From a bacterium (lineage in GTDB: Bacteria; Patescibacteriota; Minisyncoccia; Phycocordibacterales; UBA1550), in the NCBI GenBank assembly GCA_030649835.1, contig JAUSES010000029.1:4130-68129 (forward strand): DNA of 64,000 nt. Reading direction: 5' to 3'. The notes under the pieces were generated by a model. It ran no database searches and was not told the DNA's origin. It saw nothing but the letters and a program-made list of their open reading frames with translations. The position numbers were made by a program, and so were the translations under genes. Of this stretch, positions 39,293 to 49,218 are shown piece by piece. Each line of letters begins with the position of its first letter. Position 1 is the first letter of the stretch.

Positions 39293-39527
39293 GATAGACA
39301 AGTTCCTTGCAAAACTGGATGCAGAGCGGCGGGAAAAGGTCCTTGCCATTCTTTTGCGAATACAATCCGAGAATTTTGAAAATCTCGATATCAAAAAACT
39401 AAAAGGGTTCACCCAAATCTATCGCGTGCGTGTTGGTCAATGCCGTATCAAATTTGAAACAGTGCAGAGTAGCATCAACATTATTAATATTGAATTTAAA
39501 GGGGATAATACTTACAAAAACAGCTGA
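39285..39527 (+). CDS. RelE-family toxin
   Basis: DIKKLKG...YRVRVG..RI; overlaps the antitoxin stop. Confidence 0.8.
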   Translation: MHKIDKFLAKLDAERREKVLAILLRIQSENFENLDIKKLKGFTQIYRVRVGQCRIKFETVQSSINIINIEFKGDNTYKNS

Positions 39528-39778
39528 TAAACCTTATGGTCTCCTACTGCCAAAAGCGCCACTTCATTTTCAGACATGTATTCAAAAACGATACGATTTT
39601 TGTAGTCAACAGAAAAACCATAAAACTTTTTCAGTCTTCCCTTTAACTTGTGTACTTCTAACCGCTGATGATTATTTACATCTTTAAACAAGTCAATCTT
39701 TTCAATTACATCATCCTGTAAACCCACTGGCAACTTCTTAAAGAGTCTCAAGAATCTAGGCGTGTATGCAACTTTCAT
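39512..39778 (-). CDS. RelE/YafQ-like toxin
   Basis: HKLKGRL..FYGFSVDYKNRIVF...VGDH. Confidence 0.85.
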   Translation of the reverse strand: MKVAYTPRFLRLFKKLPVGLQDDVIEKIDLFKDVNNHQRLEVHKLKGRLKKFYGFSVDYKNRIVFEYMSENEVALLAVGDHKVYQLFL

Positions 39779-39780
39779 AA

Positions 39781-39999
39781 TTAGATTCTTTTCGCAAGTT
39801 CGCGCAAATCCCCACGCAATATTTTGCCATCTCTTACTTCTTGCGATGCCTCAAGGACAGCTCGCACTGCCTCATCTTCAGAAAAACGAGTGAGGGCGCG
39901 ACGAACGACATCTGCCTTGTTGGCTGCGTTACCGCTTTTTACTTGGTTGTTTATGAATTTCTCCAGTTCAGGAGATAGTGGGACGGATAGTGTGGACAT
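39781..39999 (-). CDS. Ribbon-helix-helix (ParD-like) antitoxin
   Basis: LSVPLSPELEKFI..QVKSG...NKADVVRRAL. Confidence 0.8.
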   Translation of the reverse strand: MSTLSVPLSPELEKFINNQVKSGNAANKADVVRRALTRFSEDEAVRAVLEASQEVRDGKILRGDLRELAKRI

Positions 40000-40163
40000 A
40001 TGATATATATTTAATGATATGATATTATCATACTAAATTATCATATAATTTTCAAGTCTTCTTCGAGCCTCACCCACCATACATTCCAAGTCATGACTTG
40101 GAATGTATGGTGGGTGGGTGACTTTAACTCCTATCTCAATTCAAACACAATAGGGCAGTGGCC

Positions 40164-40928
40164 CTACATCACTAGCGTGATTGGGCAGTGGTCGGAGCCG
40201 AGGAAGTCGGTCATGATGGTGGCTTGTTTCACGTGGGGGAGGAGGTCGGGGGAGATGAAGAAATAGTCAATGCGCCAGCCGACGTTGCGCGCGCGGGCGC
40301 CGGTTTTCATATCCCAGTACGTGTATGCATCTTTTTTGTTTGGATTGAGGTGCCGATAAATATCTACATAGCCATGGTAAATGAGCTCATCTATCCATGC
40401 GCGCTCCTCGGGGAGGAAGCCGGTGTTCTTTTCATTTTCTTTTGGGCGGGCGAGGTCCACTGCCTCATGCGCGGTATTCACATCTCCGCAAATAATAATC
40501 TTGTGCCCTTTTTTGCGGAGGCTCTCGGTAAATTCCAAAAAATGATCGTAAAAATCGAGTTTATATTTAAGTCGCACGGGTCCACCACCACCATTGGGGA
40601 AGTAACAATTCAAAAGGACAAAGTCTTGAAAGTAAAGGACAAGGAGTCTCCCTTCTTGATCCATGTCCCTTATCCCCATTCCTTCTTCTACTTTTTCTGG
40701 CTTCACTTTTGTATACACCGCGACCCCGCTGTAGCCCTTGCGCATCTTTGAATGTGAAAAATATGAAAAATAGCCTTTTGGATTGCGCACTTCTTCGGGA
40801 AGTTGCTCTGCCTCTACTTTTGTTTCCTGTAGACACAAAATATCCGCATCCCTTTTTATAATATCGGCAAAATTCCCCTTCTTGTGTATCGCGCGCAATC
40901 CATTTACGTTCCAGGATATAAGTTTCAT
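40164..40928 (-). CDS. xth: Exodeoxyribonuclease III
   Basis: SWNVNGLRA, LQETK, GYSGVA, GDVNTAH, GWRIDY, SDHCP. Confidence 0.97.
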   Translation of the reverse strand: MKLISWNVNGLRAIHKKGNFADIIKRDADILCLQETKVEAEQLPEEVRNPKGYFSYFSHSKMRKGYSGVAVYTKVKPEKVEEGMGIRDMDQEGRLLVLYFQDFVLLNCYFPNGGGGPVRLKYKLDFYDHFLEFTESLRKKGHKIIICGDVNTAHEAVDLARPKENEKNTGFLPEERAWIDELIYHGYVDIYRHLNPNKKDAYTYWDMKTGARARNVGWRIDYFFISPDLLPHVKQATIMTDFLGSDHCPITLVM

Positions 40929-41019
40929 ATTGAATCAATAATAACACATCCGACCATTGTACATTTTATGAATAGGTACTAAGCTTATGTTGTATCAGTT
41001 TACAGAGAGGAGGTGTTTC

Positions 41020-41301
41020 ATGAGTACATTCACTACCAACAAAGAGGATCAAGAATATCGAATAGTTAGACAAGAGATCCAAGCACTGCAGGAAAGTATT
41101 GTGCGTCAACGGGCAGAAATTATTGCACTAATCACAAAACTTGAACTTATTCGCACCAGAAAAGTATTTTCATTGAAAGAACAAGTCGAGAAAAGTGAGC
41201 AAGCGAAGTTAGCCGAGCGGCAACTCAATGAATCACGTCGCTCCCTCAATCGCTCCGAAGCACGAGTCTTGGAACTGGCACAATTGATTGGCATCGATTA
41301 G
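41020..41301 (+). CDS. Small coiled-coil hypothetical protein
   Basis: GGAGGT SD before ATG 41020. Confidence 0.6.
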   Translation: MSTFTTNKEDQEYRIVRQEIQALQESIVRQRAEIIALITKLELIRTRKVFSLKEQVEKSEQAKLAERQLNESRRSLNRSEARVLELAQLIGID

Positions 41302-41331
41302 CGCGTCATGAAACATTTCGTGGCGCGTTTT

Positions 41332-42261
41332 TTATTTATTGTGAAATTTTTTGTGCACATCTCTCAACTGGTTGTCGGTGATGTGGGTGTAGATTTGGGT
41401 GGTGGAAATGTTGGCGTGGCCGAGCATCATTTGGACAGAGCGAATGTCTGCGCCATTTTGGAGAAGGTCGGTGGCGAAGCTATGGCGCAAAATGTGCGGA
41501 GTAACTTTATCCATTATTCCCGCCTTGGTAGCATAAAACTTTACCATGCGCTCAATGGAGCGGGGAGTGAGGCGCGTGGAGCCATCTTCGCGGGTGCGTT
41601 TTGTTTCACTAACAAAAAGCGCATCGTCCATGTCAGTTCTTTTTTTCAAATATGCGGTGATGGCTTTTTTTGCATCATCGGAAATAAATACCACACGTAC
41701 TTTTTCACCTTTTCCTCGTACAGATATTTCGTCACGCGTGAGGTCGATGTCGCGCTGTAGTGCACACAATTCTGAAAGGCGAAGCCCTGTGGAGAAAAAT
41801 AATTCCAAAATCGCTTTGTCACGGAGCTCCTTGATACTTTCGCCGCTGGGCGCATCAAGAAGGCGACGCAGGTCAACCGGTTTCAAAAGGTCAATCGTGC
41901 GCTCGGCTACTTTTGCAAGTTCAATTTTTTCTGGCGCGTACGACTCCACACCGCGCTTTCGCAAATACTTTAAAAAACTCCGCAAAGCAATGAGATAATA
42001 ATTTTGCGTTTTCTTTTTGAGTGTTTCCGCGCGCCCCTCGTGTACTCCGGCGCTTTGGCGGTTGAGCCACAAGCGAAACGTACGCATCATCTCGTCGGTG
42101 ATGTCGCTTGGCACTGAAGCACCACTTGCTACCAAAAATCGGGTGAGGTAACGCTCGTAATTTTCAATTGTATTCAAACTTCTCCCACGTTCTATTTCCA
42201 AATACTCTAAATATTGACGGGCATATTTACCAAGCGGGGTTTGGGGGATATTGTGCGACAT
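41332..42261 (-). CDS. XerC/XerD-family tyrosine recombinase
   Basis: TGLRLSEL, GKGEKVR, HILRHSFATDLL, LGHANISTTQIYTH. Confidence 0.93.
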   Translation of the reverse strand: MSHNIPQTPLGKYARQYLEYLEIERGRSLNTIENYERYLTRFLVASGASVPSDITDEMMRTFRLWLNRQSAGVHEGRAETLKKKTQNYYLIALRSFLKYLRKRGVESYAPEKIELAKVAERTIDLLKPVDLRRLLDAPSGESIKELRDKAILELFFSTGLRLSELCALQRDIDLTRDEISVRGKGEKVRVVFISDDAKKAITAYLKKRTDMDDALFVSETKRTREDGSTRLTPRSIERMVKFYATKAGIMDKVTPHILRHSFATDLLQNGADIRSVQMMLGHANISTTQIYTHITDNQLRDVHKKFHNK

Positions 42262-42636
42262 GAGTACAGTATACAACTGACGACTCACAACTACCAACCA
42301 ACTGACTGACTGGCGCATTTGGCCTTCGGCCAAATGCGCTTTAACGTGCGTTTTTGTAGACCACACACCCCCAGTATCTAGCCAGGAAATTGCATCCTTC
42401 GAATCGTCTTTTGAATTAGCAAATTCACGTCTTGGACGCAGACTCTCAGTAGACACTCCTGGGAAGCAATCCAGTGAGTTGGTACTTAATCCTGGATTGC
42501 TTCGCCTTGCTCGCAAAGACGGAGTTTGAAGTTATATAAGGTGTGAGGTGTTACGCGTTTTTTAGTTGTTAGTTGTAAATTGTATCTCGTTAGTTGTATC
42601 TTGTCAGTTGAGAGTAGTTAGTGGTATTATTTCCCC

Positions 42637-42891
42637 ATGAGCTCGTCAAGCAAATATATTGTCATTACCGAATCCCACGACCTGGACGACGGCCCGATGG
42701 ACTCTGCTACAAAAGCTCATGAGGAGGCTGACGAGGCGTCCCTTCTTGCTCTTGAAAAACAAGGCATTTCTATTCTTAGTGAAGAAAGCAGTCCTGCAAG
42801 CGATGAACATCGCGACAATTTTGTTGAAGAATTAATGAATAACAGTGGTATTGAGATAGTTTCTAGTGTTGATAATGAAGAGGAGTTTTAA
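42637..42891 (+). CDS. Small acidic hypothetical protein
   Basis: 84-aa ORF directly upstream of the symporter. Confidence 0.6.
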   Translation: MSSSSKYIVITESHDLDDGPMDSATKAHEEADEASLLALEKQGISILSEESSPASDEHRDNFVEELMNNSGIEIVSSVDNEEEF

Positions 42892-42902
42892 TATAAAATA
42901 AT

Positions 42903-44315
42903 ATGGTAGCAACATTTGTTCTTGTCTATATGCTGATGATGATACCAATAGGTATCTATGCATCAAAGCGGGTCAAGTCTTCTCAGGATTTTGCACTCGC
43001 GGGCAGGCATTTGCCTTTTTCTATGGCAATGGCGACCGTGTTTGCCACATGGTTTGGTTCAGAGACATTTATGGGCGCGGGGTCACGCATGGCAGAGGGG
43101 GGCTTTCTTTCTGTTATTGAAGATCCGTTCGGCGCAGGGCTTTGTCTCATACTCATTGGTTTCTTTTTTGCAAAAAAACTCTACGCGCGTCACAACCTCA
43201 CTATCGGTGACTATTTTCACGAGCGCTACAACAAAGTTGTCGCGACAATGCTTTCCGTTGCAATCATTCTCACCTATTTTGGTTGGGTGGCTGCGCAGTT
43301 TGTCGCGCTCGGCATCATCCTCAATCTGCTCCTCGGTATCCCAGCAATAACCGGAATGCTCATTGCGGCAATTATCATCGTAATCTACACCTACATCGGC
43401 GGTATGTGGGCGGTGTCTATTACTGACACCGTGCAAATGGCGGTAATAGTCATTGGTCTTATTGTTATTTTAGTTGAGGTGCTTTCTCAAAACGGTGGTG
43501 TTTCGTCTATTATTGCAAACACTCCTTCTGACTTTTTTAGAGTAACCCCAAGCGATGCCACCACAAAAGACTGGCTTGCATGGGTCGCCGCATGGATGAC
43601 CATCGGGCTTGGGTCTATTCCCCAACAAGATGTGTATCAGCGTGTCATGTCTGCAAAGTCTGCAGTAATCGCAAAGTGGGCATCGGTCTCTGCGGGGGTT
43701 CTTTACTTCACTATTGCGCTTATTCCACTTACGCTTGGGCTCATCGCTCGCATAAAATATCCCGAGCTCGTGATAAGCGACCCGCAACAACTCCTCCCTA
43801 CACTTATTTTGGACAATACAAACATGATCACGCAAATATTTTTCTTTGGTGCACTTCTCTCTGCCATTATGAGCACCGCGTCCGGCGCGCTCCTCGCTCC
43901 CGCAACACTCCTTGGAGAAAATGTGATTAAGCCATTTTACAACAATATTTCTGACAAAACTCGTCTCTCTATTATTCGTTTCTCTATTATTGTTGTTGCT
44001 TTGGGAGCACTTGCCCTTGCTTCATCTCAAGGGAGTATTTATGAGCTAGTTAGTGGCGCGTATTCAATAACTCTTGTTTCAGCATTTATTCCGCTGGTGT
44101 TTGGGCTCTACACACACAAAGCAAATAGTCTGGGGGCCCTCTTTGCGATTATTCTTGGTGCGGGGGGTTGGCAATTTACCGAGCTCTACGTTACAGACCC
44201 GATGGTTCCCGCAACACTTGTTGGTTTAGGCCTTAGTTTCTCGGGAATGCTGCTTGGGATTTTACTTGAGAAACATATTCACAAGGTAACTCATCACTTT
44301 AGGAAAACAACTTGA
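42903..44315 (+). CDS. Sodium:solute symporter (SSS family)
   Basis: DFALAGR, ATWFGSE, GGMWAVSITD, AIMSTAS; about 13 TM. Confidence 0.92.
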   Translation: MVATFVLVYMLMMIPIGIYASKRVKSSQDFALAGRHLPFSMAMATVFATWFGSETFMGAGSRMAEGGFLSVIEDPFGAGLCLILIGFFFAKKLYARHNLTIGDYFHERYNKVVATMLSVAIILTYFGWVAAQFVALGIILNLLLGIPAITGMLIAAIIIVIYTYIGGMWAVSITDTVQMAVIVIGLIVILVEVLSQNGGVSSIIANTPSDFFRVTPSDATTKDWLAWVAAWMTIGLGSIPQQDVYQRVMSAKSAVIAKWASVSAGVLYFTIALIPLTLGLIARIKYPELVISDPQQLLPTLILDNTNMITQIFFFGALLSAIMSTASGALLAPATLLGENVIKPFYNNISDKTRLSIIRFSIIVVALGALALASSQGSIYELVSGAYSITLVSAFIPLVFGLYTHKANSLGALFAIILGAGGWQFTELYVTDPMVPATLVGLGLSFSGMLLGILLEKHIHKVTHHFRKTT

Positions 44316-44481
44316 AAACAAAAGGAACATTTGGGACAGGAAGAACCGAGAGACAAGTGAACGCCCAATCGCTACGCGATTGGGCGTTCACTTGTCTCTA
44401 TTCCTTGTTCCCACCCGTCCCAAACGTTCCCCCTGTCCACGCGTATTGCATTTTTAGGCAAGATATGCTACAGTACTGTCA

Positions 44482-44745
44482 ATGATTACGACAAAGCAGA
44501 AACAAACTATTATCAAGAAAGCGCAGGTTCATGCGACAGATACTGGCTCACCAGAGGCTCAGGTTGCTATTCTTTCAAAGAGTATTGACCTTCTCGCTCT
44601 TCATTTGAAGAAAAACCACAAGGACAACCATTCAAGACGTGGCCTCCTTCAGATGGTTGCAGATCGTCGCACACACTTGAACTACTTGAAGCGAAAGAGT
44701 AAAAATCGCTATGAGGTGCTCGTCAAGAAGATCGGCCTCAAGTAA
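44482..44745 (+). CDS. rpsO: 30S ribosomal protein S15
   Basis: DTGSPEAQVA, KDNHSRRGLL. Confidence 0.98.
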   Translation: MITTKQKQTIIKKAQVHATDTGSPEAQVAILSKSIDLLALHLKKNHKDNHSRRGLLQMVADRRTHLNYLKRKSKNRYEVLVKKIGLK

Positions 44746-45021
44746 CGAATTCCCCATTTTTGCGTATTTCTTTGTTGCTCGTTTTGTTTGCTCTCGCGAA
44801 GTACTGTTCGTACATCTTGGTCGCAAACATCACTCGCGCCTCGAACTACACTAAAAATGAGAAATTCTGGCCATAAGAAACTCCGCTTCGCGGAGTTTCT
44901 TATTTTCTCGCTTCATGCGATACTATTTGTGGGTACAACTAATCATTTTTAATAAACGAGTCACTGGCATTTTTTGTATTTTCTAATGGCTAGTGGCCAA
45001 CAACTAACAACTATTTTATAT

Positions 45022-45615
45022 ATGGCAATTATCAAACAAAAAGAACAGCGCGTTGCAATGTTCATTGACGCACAAAACCTTTATCATAGCGCTCGCAATC
45101 TATACGGAGCAAGAGTTAATTTCGGCGCAGTGCTTAAAGAAGCAGTGGCAGGCAGGCACCTCGTGCGCGCTATCGCATACGTCATCACCACAGAAGGTGA
45201 AGACGAGAAAAACTTTTTTGAAGCATTAAACTCCCTCGGTATTGAAACGAAAACCAAAGACCTTCAAATCTTTTTTGGTGGAGCAAAAAAAGCCGACTGG
45301 GACGTGGGTCTTGCGGTGGATGCTATTCGTCTCGGCTCAAAAGTGGATGCGGTGGTGCTCGCATCGGGCGATGGTGACTTTGTTCCGCTCGTAGAATATT
45401 TAAAATTTATGGGAACACAGGTTGAAGTCATCACCTTTGGACGCTCAGCATCAGGCAAGCTCCGTGAGGTTGCCGATGACTTTATCGATATGTGCGATGA
45501 CCAGCGCAAATATCTCCTCGGCTCTCGTGGAGGAAACTCAAACGGTGGAAACACTCGTCGCCCTGCTCGCAAGCAAGCACCTCGCGGAAGGAAAGAACCT
45601 CCAAAGACAGAGTAG
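45022..45615 (+). CDS. NYN-domain (LabA/DUF88) protein
   Basis: FIDAQNL, KADWDVGLAVD, SGDGDFVP. Confidence 0.92.
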   Translation: MAIIKQKEQRVAMFIDAQNLYHSARNLYGARVNFGAVLKEAVAGRHLVRAIAYVITTEGEDEKNFFEALNSLGIETKTKDLQIFFGGAKKADWDVGLAVDAIRLGSKVDAVVLASGDGDFVPLVEYLKFMGTQVEVITFGRSASGKLREVADDFIDMCDDQRKYLLGSRGGNSNGGNTRRPARKQAPRGRKEPPKTE

Positions 45616-46003
45616 AAAATTCAAAAAATAAGCCCGACACTTGCGTGTCGGGTTTTTTGATTGCTTTCGCAATCAAATTATTTCAGTTCTTGAAATGTCG
45701 TTGTGAATTGGTCTTTTGTCTTGTTTTTGGGCAAGTGCGGCAAATTCTTCCCTCCTCTTTTTTTGATCTATCTCATGTGCCATCATGCGTTGTGCAAATT
45801 TCCCAGCACCCGGTGACCCCGTGTGTGGATGTGTTTGTTGTGTGGCCCCTTGTTTCACTATCTGATTGCTCATATCTTCTCCAATTTTGGAACAAAAAAA
45901 TCAACAGATTGCTCTGTTGAACCAGCCCACACCCTAACACACTAGACATAAAGTTGCAAGTCCGCGCTTTGATAGCGCGCCTGAACAGGCTATAATACAT
46001 GCA

Positions 46004-46993
46004 ATGGAACGAATGATCCCCCACAAAAAATTATTGCCGGGTGTGTACCAAGGAACACCTGAGCAGTTTGACCAAAAGAAAGATGCTGGTCCGCGTCTCT
46101 TTCGTACTATGAAAATGGACGTTGCCGATGCAGTAAAAAACCAAAATGAAACGGCTGTTTCCATAGCGATAGCTGAGGAAAAGAAGAAGGCAGTCGCGCG
46201 GGCAAAAGAGGCAGAGCAGAAACCGACAGTGGCCTCTGCGCCTCCTGCGCCGAAGCCTATTGGGCGCATCATTGTTGTGATTATCGTTTTGCTCGTGATC
46301 GCGCTTACGGGGCTTGCCTCCGTGTATCTTTTGCCAAAAATTAAACAAATAAACCTTCCCACGATTTCTTTTCCTTCGTTTAGTAAAGCAGAAAAAGAAA
46401 GTGCTGTGGTTATACCGATCGTGCCCACACTACTTCCTGCACTCATTCCTGTTCAATACGAAAAGCGTTTTGATATGAGCATGGAGTCAAGAGAGGGTAT
46501 TCTTTCTGGGGTCGCAGGAGCACTGACGGAGGAGCTTCCCTTGGGGGCGATGAAGAACATCTACTTTAGCGAAAAGGCGGGTAGTGCCATTTCATCCTCT
46601 CGTTTTTTTAGTTTTTTTGGAGTTCAAACTCCCGATATTCTCAACCGCTCACTTGAAAAACCTTTTATGGTAGGGCTCGTGGGCGACACCACGGGAAAGC
46701 CTGCGCCATTTCTCATATTAAAAGTTTCCTCATATGAAGCTGGTCTTGCGGGGATGCTTGAGTGGGAGGCGGGGCTACCTGCTTTTTTCAGCACAGTGTT
46801 TGGGTCAAACATCACACAGACAGCAACTCCCACAGCAAAGTTCCGCGATATTGTTATCCTAGAAAAGGATGCACGATTATTCACTCCCGCATTTGGAGAG
46901 CCCATTGCCTATGCATTTGCAAATCCAAATACTATTGTGATTGCTGGAAGTCGTACTGCGCTTGAAACACTTCTTCCGCTAAAAAATAATTGA
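46004..46993 (+). CDS. Hypothetical single-TM protein
   Basis: 329 aa; RTMK.D motif, TM, AGMLEWE. Confidence 0.75.
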   Translation: MERMIPHKKLLPGVYQGTPEQFDQKKDAGPRLFRTMKMDVADAVKNQNETAVSIAIAEEKKKAVARAKEAEQKPTVASAPPAPKPIGRIIVVIIVLLVIALTGLASVYLLPKIKQINLPTISFPSFSKAEKESAVVIPIVPTLLPALIPVQYEKRFDMSMESREGILSGVAGALTEELPLGAMKNIYFSEKAGSAISSSRFFSFFGVQTPDILNRSLEKPFMVGLVGDTTGKPAPFLILKVSSYEAGLAGMLEWEAGLPAFFSTVFGSNITQTATPTAKFRDIVILEKDARLFTPAFGEPIAYAFANPNTIVIAGSRTALETLLPLKNN

Positions 46994-47091
46994 CATCCCT
47001 ATCCATATACCATAGTATCTTAATCAGAATACCTGTTCAAAAAACTAGTCACCATCAACCCACTTTCTACATTTTATCGAGGAGAAGTTAT

Positions 47092-47940
47092 ATGCAAGCT
47101 AAAATAATAAATGGTCATGAAATCGCAGAGAAAATACGTGCCTCATTAAAAAGTCAGCTTGAAGGGATTCAATTAAAACTCGGAATCCTCTGTTCAGATA
47201 CATCGCCTGCTTCAATCTCGTACCAAGAAACCCTCATAAAAATTGCTCGCTCGCTTGATATACAGGTGGAAATTGTTCGTTTCCAAAAGGGTACTCCCCA
47301 GGAGGCTTTTAAGACAAAAATCTCTGAGTGGAATGAGGACACTGAAATACATGGAATCTTTCTGCTGCAACCACTTTTTGAGGGTATTAATGTAAGCGAA
47401 CTTAGAGTGCTTATTCACCCCCTGAAAGATATTGAGTGTGTTCACCCATATAATTCGAGCCTTAAACACTTCTCGGAAGATCACGTTGGGTCGTGCACCG
47501 CAAAGGCAATAATGGAGATCTTAGAATCCACTGGTGTCCAGTTAGAGGGTGCGGAGATTGTGGTTGTGGGGCACAGTAACATTGTTGGACAGCCGGTAAG
47601 CAAGCTGCTTATTGAAAGAAATGCGACTGTCACAACCTGCAACAAAGCAACATCAAACAGGGGGCTTCTTCGTAATCACGTAGAGCGTGCCGAAGTGCTT
47701 GTAGTTGCCGTCGGTAAAGCAAACTGCATTCCAGGAGATTGGATAAGGGTGGGCTCTGTGGTTATTGATGTTGGGTTTAATGATGTTGGCAATGGAAAAG
47801 TTGCTGGGGACGTCGAATTTGCTGTTGCGCAAAAACGGGCCAGTTACATCACTCCTATGGTTGGTGGTGTGGGCCCAGTCACTGCAATTATTGCAATGAG
47901 GCAATTGCTAATTGCTTACAAATTGCAACAAAAAAAGTAG
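47092..47940 (+). CDS. folD: FolD-family methylene-THF dehydrogenase (probably monofunctional)
   Basis: HGI...QP, KDIEC, VVGHSNIVGQP, VIDVG, GGVGPVT. Confidence 0.88.
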   Translation: MQAKIINGHEIAEKIRASLKSQLEGIQLKLGILCSDTSPASISYQETLIKIARSLDIQVEIVRFQKGTPQEAFKTKISEWNEDTEIHGIFLLQPLFEGINVSELRVLIHPLKDIECVHPYNSSLKHFSEDHVGSCTAKAIMEILESTGVQLEGAEIVVVGHSNIVGQPVSKLLIERNATVTTCNKATSNRGLLRNHVERAEVLVVAVGKANCIPGDWIRVGSVVIDVGFNDVGNGKVAGDVEFAVAQKRASYITPMVGGVGPVTAIIAMRQLLIAYKLQQKK

Positions 47941-48034
47941 TTTATGAGACAGCTCGTTTACTCAAGCCATTTTGGCAGAAGTAGACGAGCTGTTTTTATT
48001 AAAATTTAAGAATACGAGAGATGCTCGCTCCTTT

Positions 48035-48643
48035 TTATATAAACGAATTTACTCCTGATGCCGCACGAATTTGCTGTAATGCCCCCAGTATGTAGTCGCG
48101 CTTTTCTTTGCAAAACCCAACATCCGTAATACCATCCAAGTTCACCACCACGTTGACCTTAGAACCAAGTAGACATGCGAGCAATAAATATCGACCTACT
48201 TCAACATCGCTTATCACTGACGGATTACAAATTTTTCCCAACCTCTCCGCCACAAGAAGAACCTTCAAACATATTTTAAATACTGCGAACGGAACTTCTG
48301 ATGAAGCCTTCAATGCTTCCTGTATGGCTTTTGCTCGTATTTCAGTTTCAATAGAATTTTCTTTGGGCAACCTGCGTGCCACTATGACCGCTTTGAAACT
48401 AGCGGCATCCTGTTCTGCAAGATTAAGAAGATTACGTCGGTTTGTTTCTAAATTTACAAGAATTAATCGAATCTCTTCATCGACCTTAGTAAATTTTTGT
48501 TTACCAAGAGTAAGATTACAGACCATTGCCAATAAGGCAACCCCTTGAGCCCCTGTTATTGCTGTTACGACTCCCCCACCAGGCGTAGGGTTAGCGCTAG
48601 CAAGATCATCAAAATACTCCGCTATTGTCTGTTTACTAAACAT
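48035..48643 (-). CDS. Cyclodeaminase/cyclohydrolase (FchA/FTCD_C family)
   Basis: LASANPTPGGG, D...F..V, ISDV.VG, NV.VNL. Confidence 0.88.
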   Translation of the reverse strand: MFSKQTIAEYFDDLASANPTPGGGVVTAITGAQGVALLAMVCNLTLGKQKFTKVDEEIRLILVNLETNRRNLLNLAEQDAASFKAVIVARRLPKENSIETEIRAKAIQEALKASSEVPFAVFKICLKVLLVAERLGKICNPSVISDVEVGRYLLLACLLGSKVNVVVNLDGITDVGFCKEKRDYILGALQQIRAASGVNSFI

Positions 48644-48737
48644 GATTGATTATCATCTTACCGTAACTATCACAAAGTATCTACATGGTCCTCCCTAAAT
48701 ATTGCATTTCATACTTCATATGATAAACTGTTCTCAT

Positions 48738-49097
48738 ATGATAAATACCGACGATCTCAAAAATACTCTTCTGGAAGAAAAGGCACGGCTCATGCTCGAG
48801 CTTTCTGGTGTTGGACATGAAAATCCTGAGATAGAGGGCGACTGGCAACCATCTGCGCCAGACTTAAATATCCCCACCGCAGACATCAATGATACCGCAG
48901 ACAGCATGGAAGCTTTTGAAGAAGCTGCTGCCATAGAAGTGGAGCTTGAAGCGCGACTTCTTGAAGTAGACTCTGCGCTCTCACGCATTGAAGCCGGCAC
49001 ATACGGCATTTGTCGCATCTGCGGAAGCGCCATCGAAGATGCGCGTTTGCATGCAAACCCCGCAGCACCAACCTGCATCGCGCACCGAGAAGGATAA
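48738..49097 (+). CDS. TraR/DksA-family zinc-finger protein
   Basis: ALSRIEAGTYGICRICG..I...RL.ANP.A.TC..H. Confidence 0.88.
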   Translation: MINTDDLKNTLLEEKARLMLELSGVGHENPEIEGDWQPSAPDLNIPTADINDTADSMEAFEEAAAIEVELEARLLEVDSALSRIEAGTYGICRICGSAIEDARLHANPAAPTCIAHREG

Positions 49098-49218
49098 GTT
49101 GCTCCGCAACTTATCCTTCTCGGTGCGCACAATTGACCTGTGACAATTAACATGTGACGAATGCACCCTCTGTCAATTGTCAAATGTTAATTGTTAAACG
49201 TCCCCCCCCCTTTTTTTT

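Noticed and set aside
42262-42516. 85-aa N-terminal extension of the Xer recombinase
   Set aside because: It runs through intergenic repeat elements; the recombinase-like sequence starts at ATG 42261.
49202-49218. C9-T8 tract before comM as a phase-variation switch
   Set aside because: It is non-coding and there is no evidence of length variation without reads.
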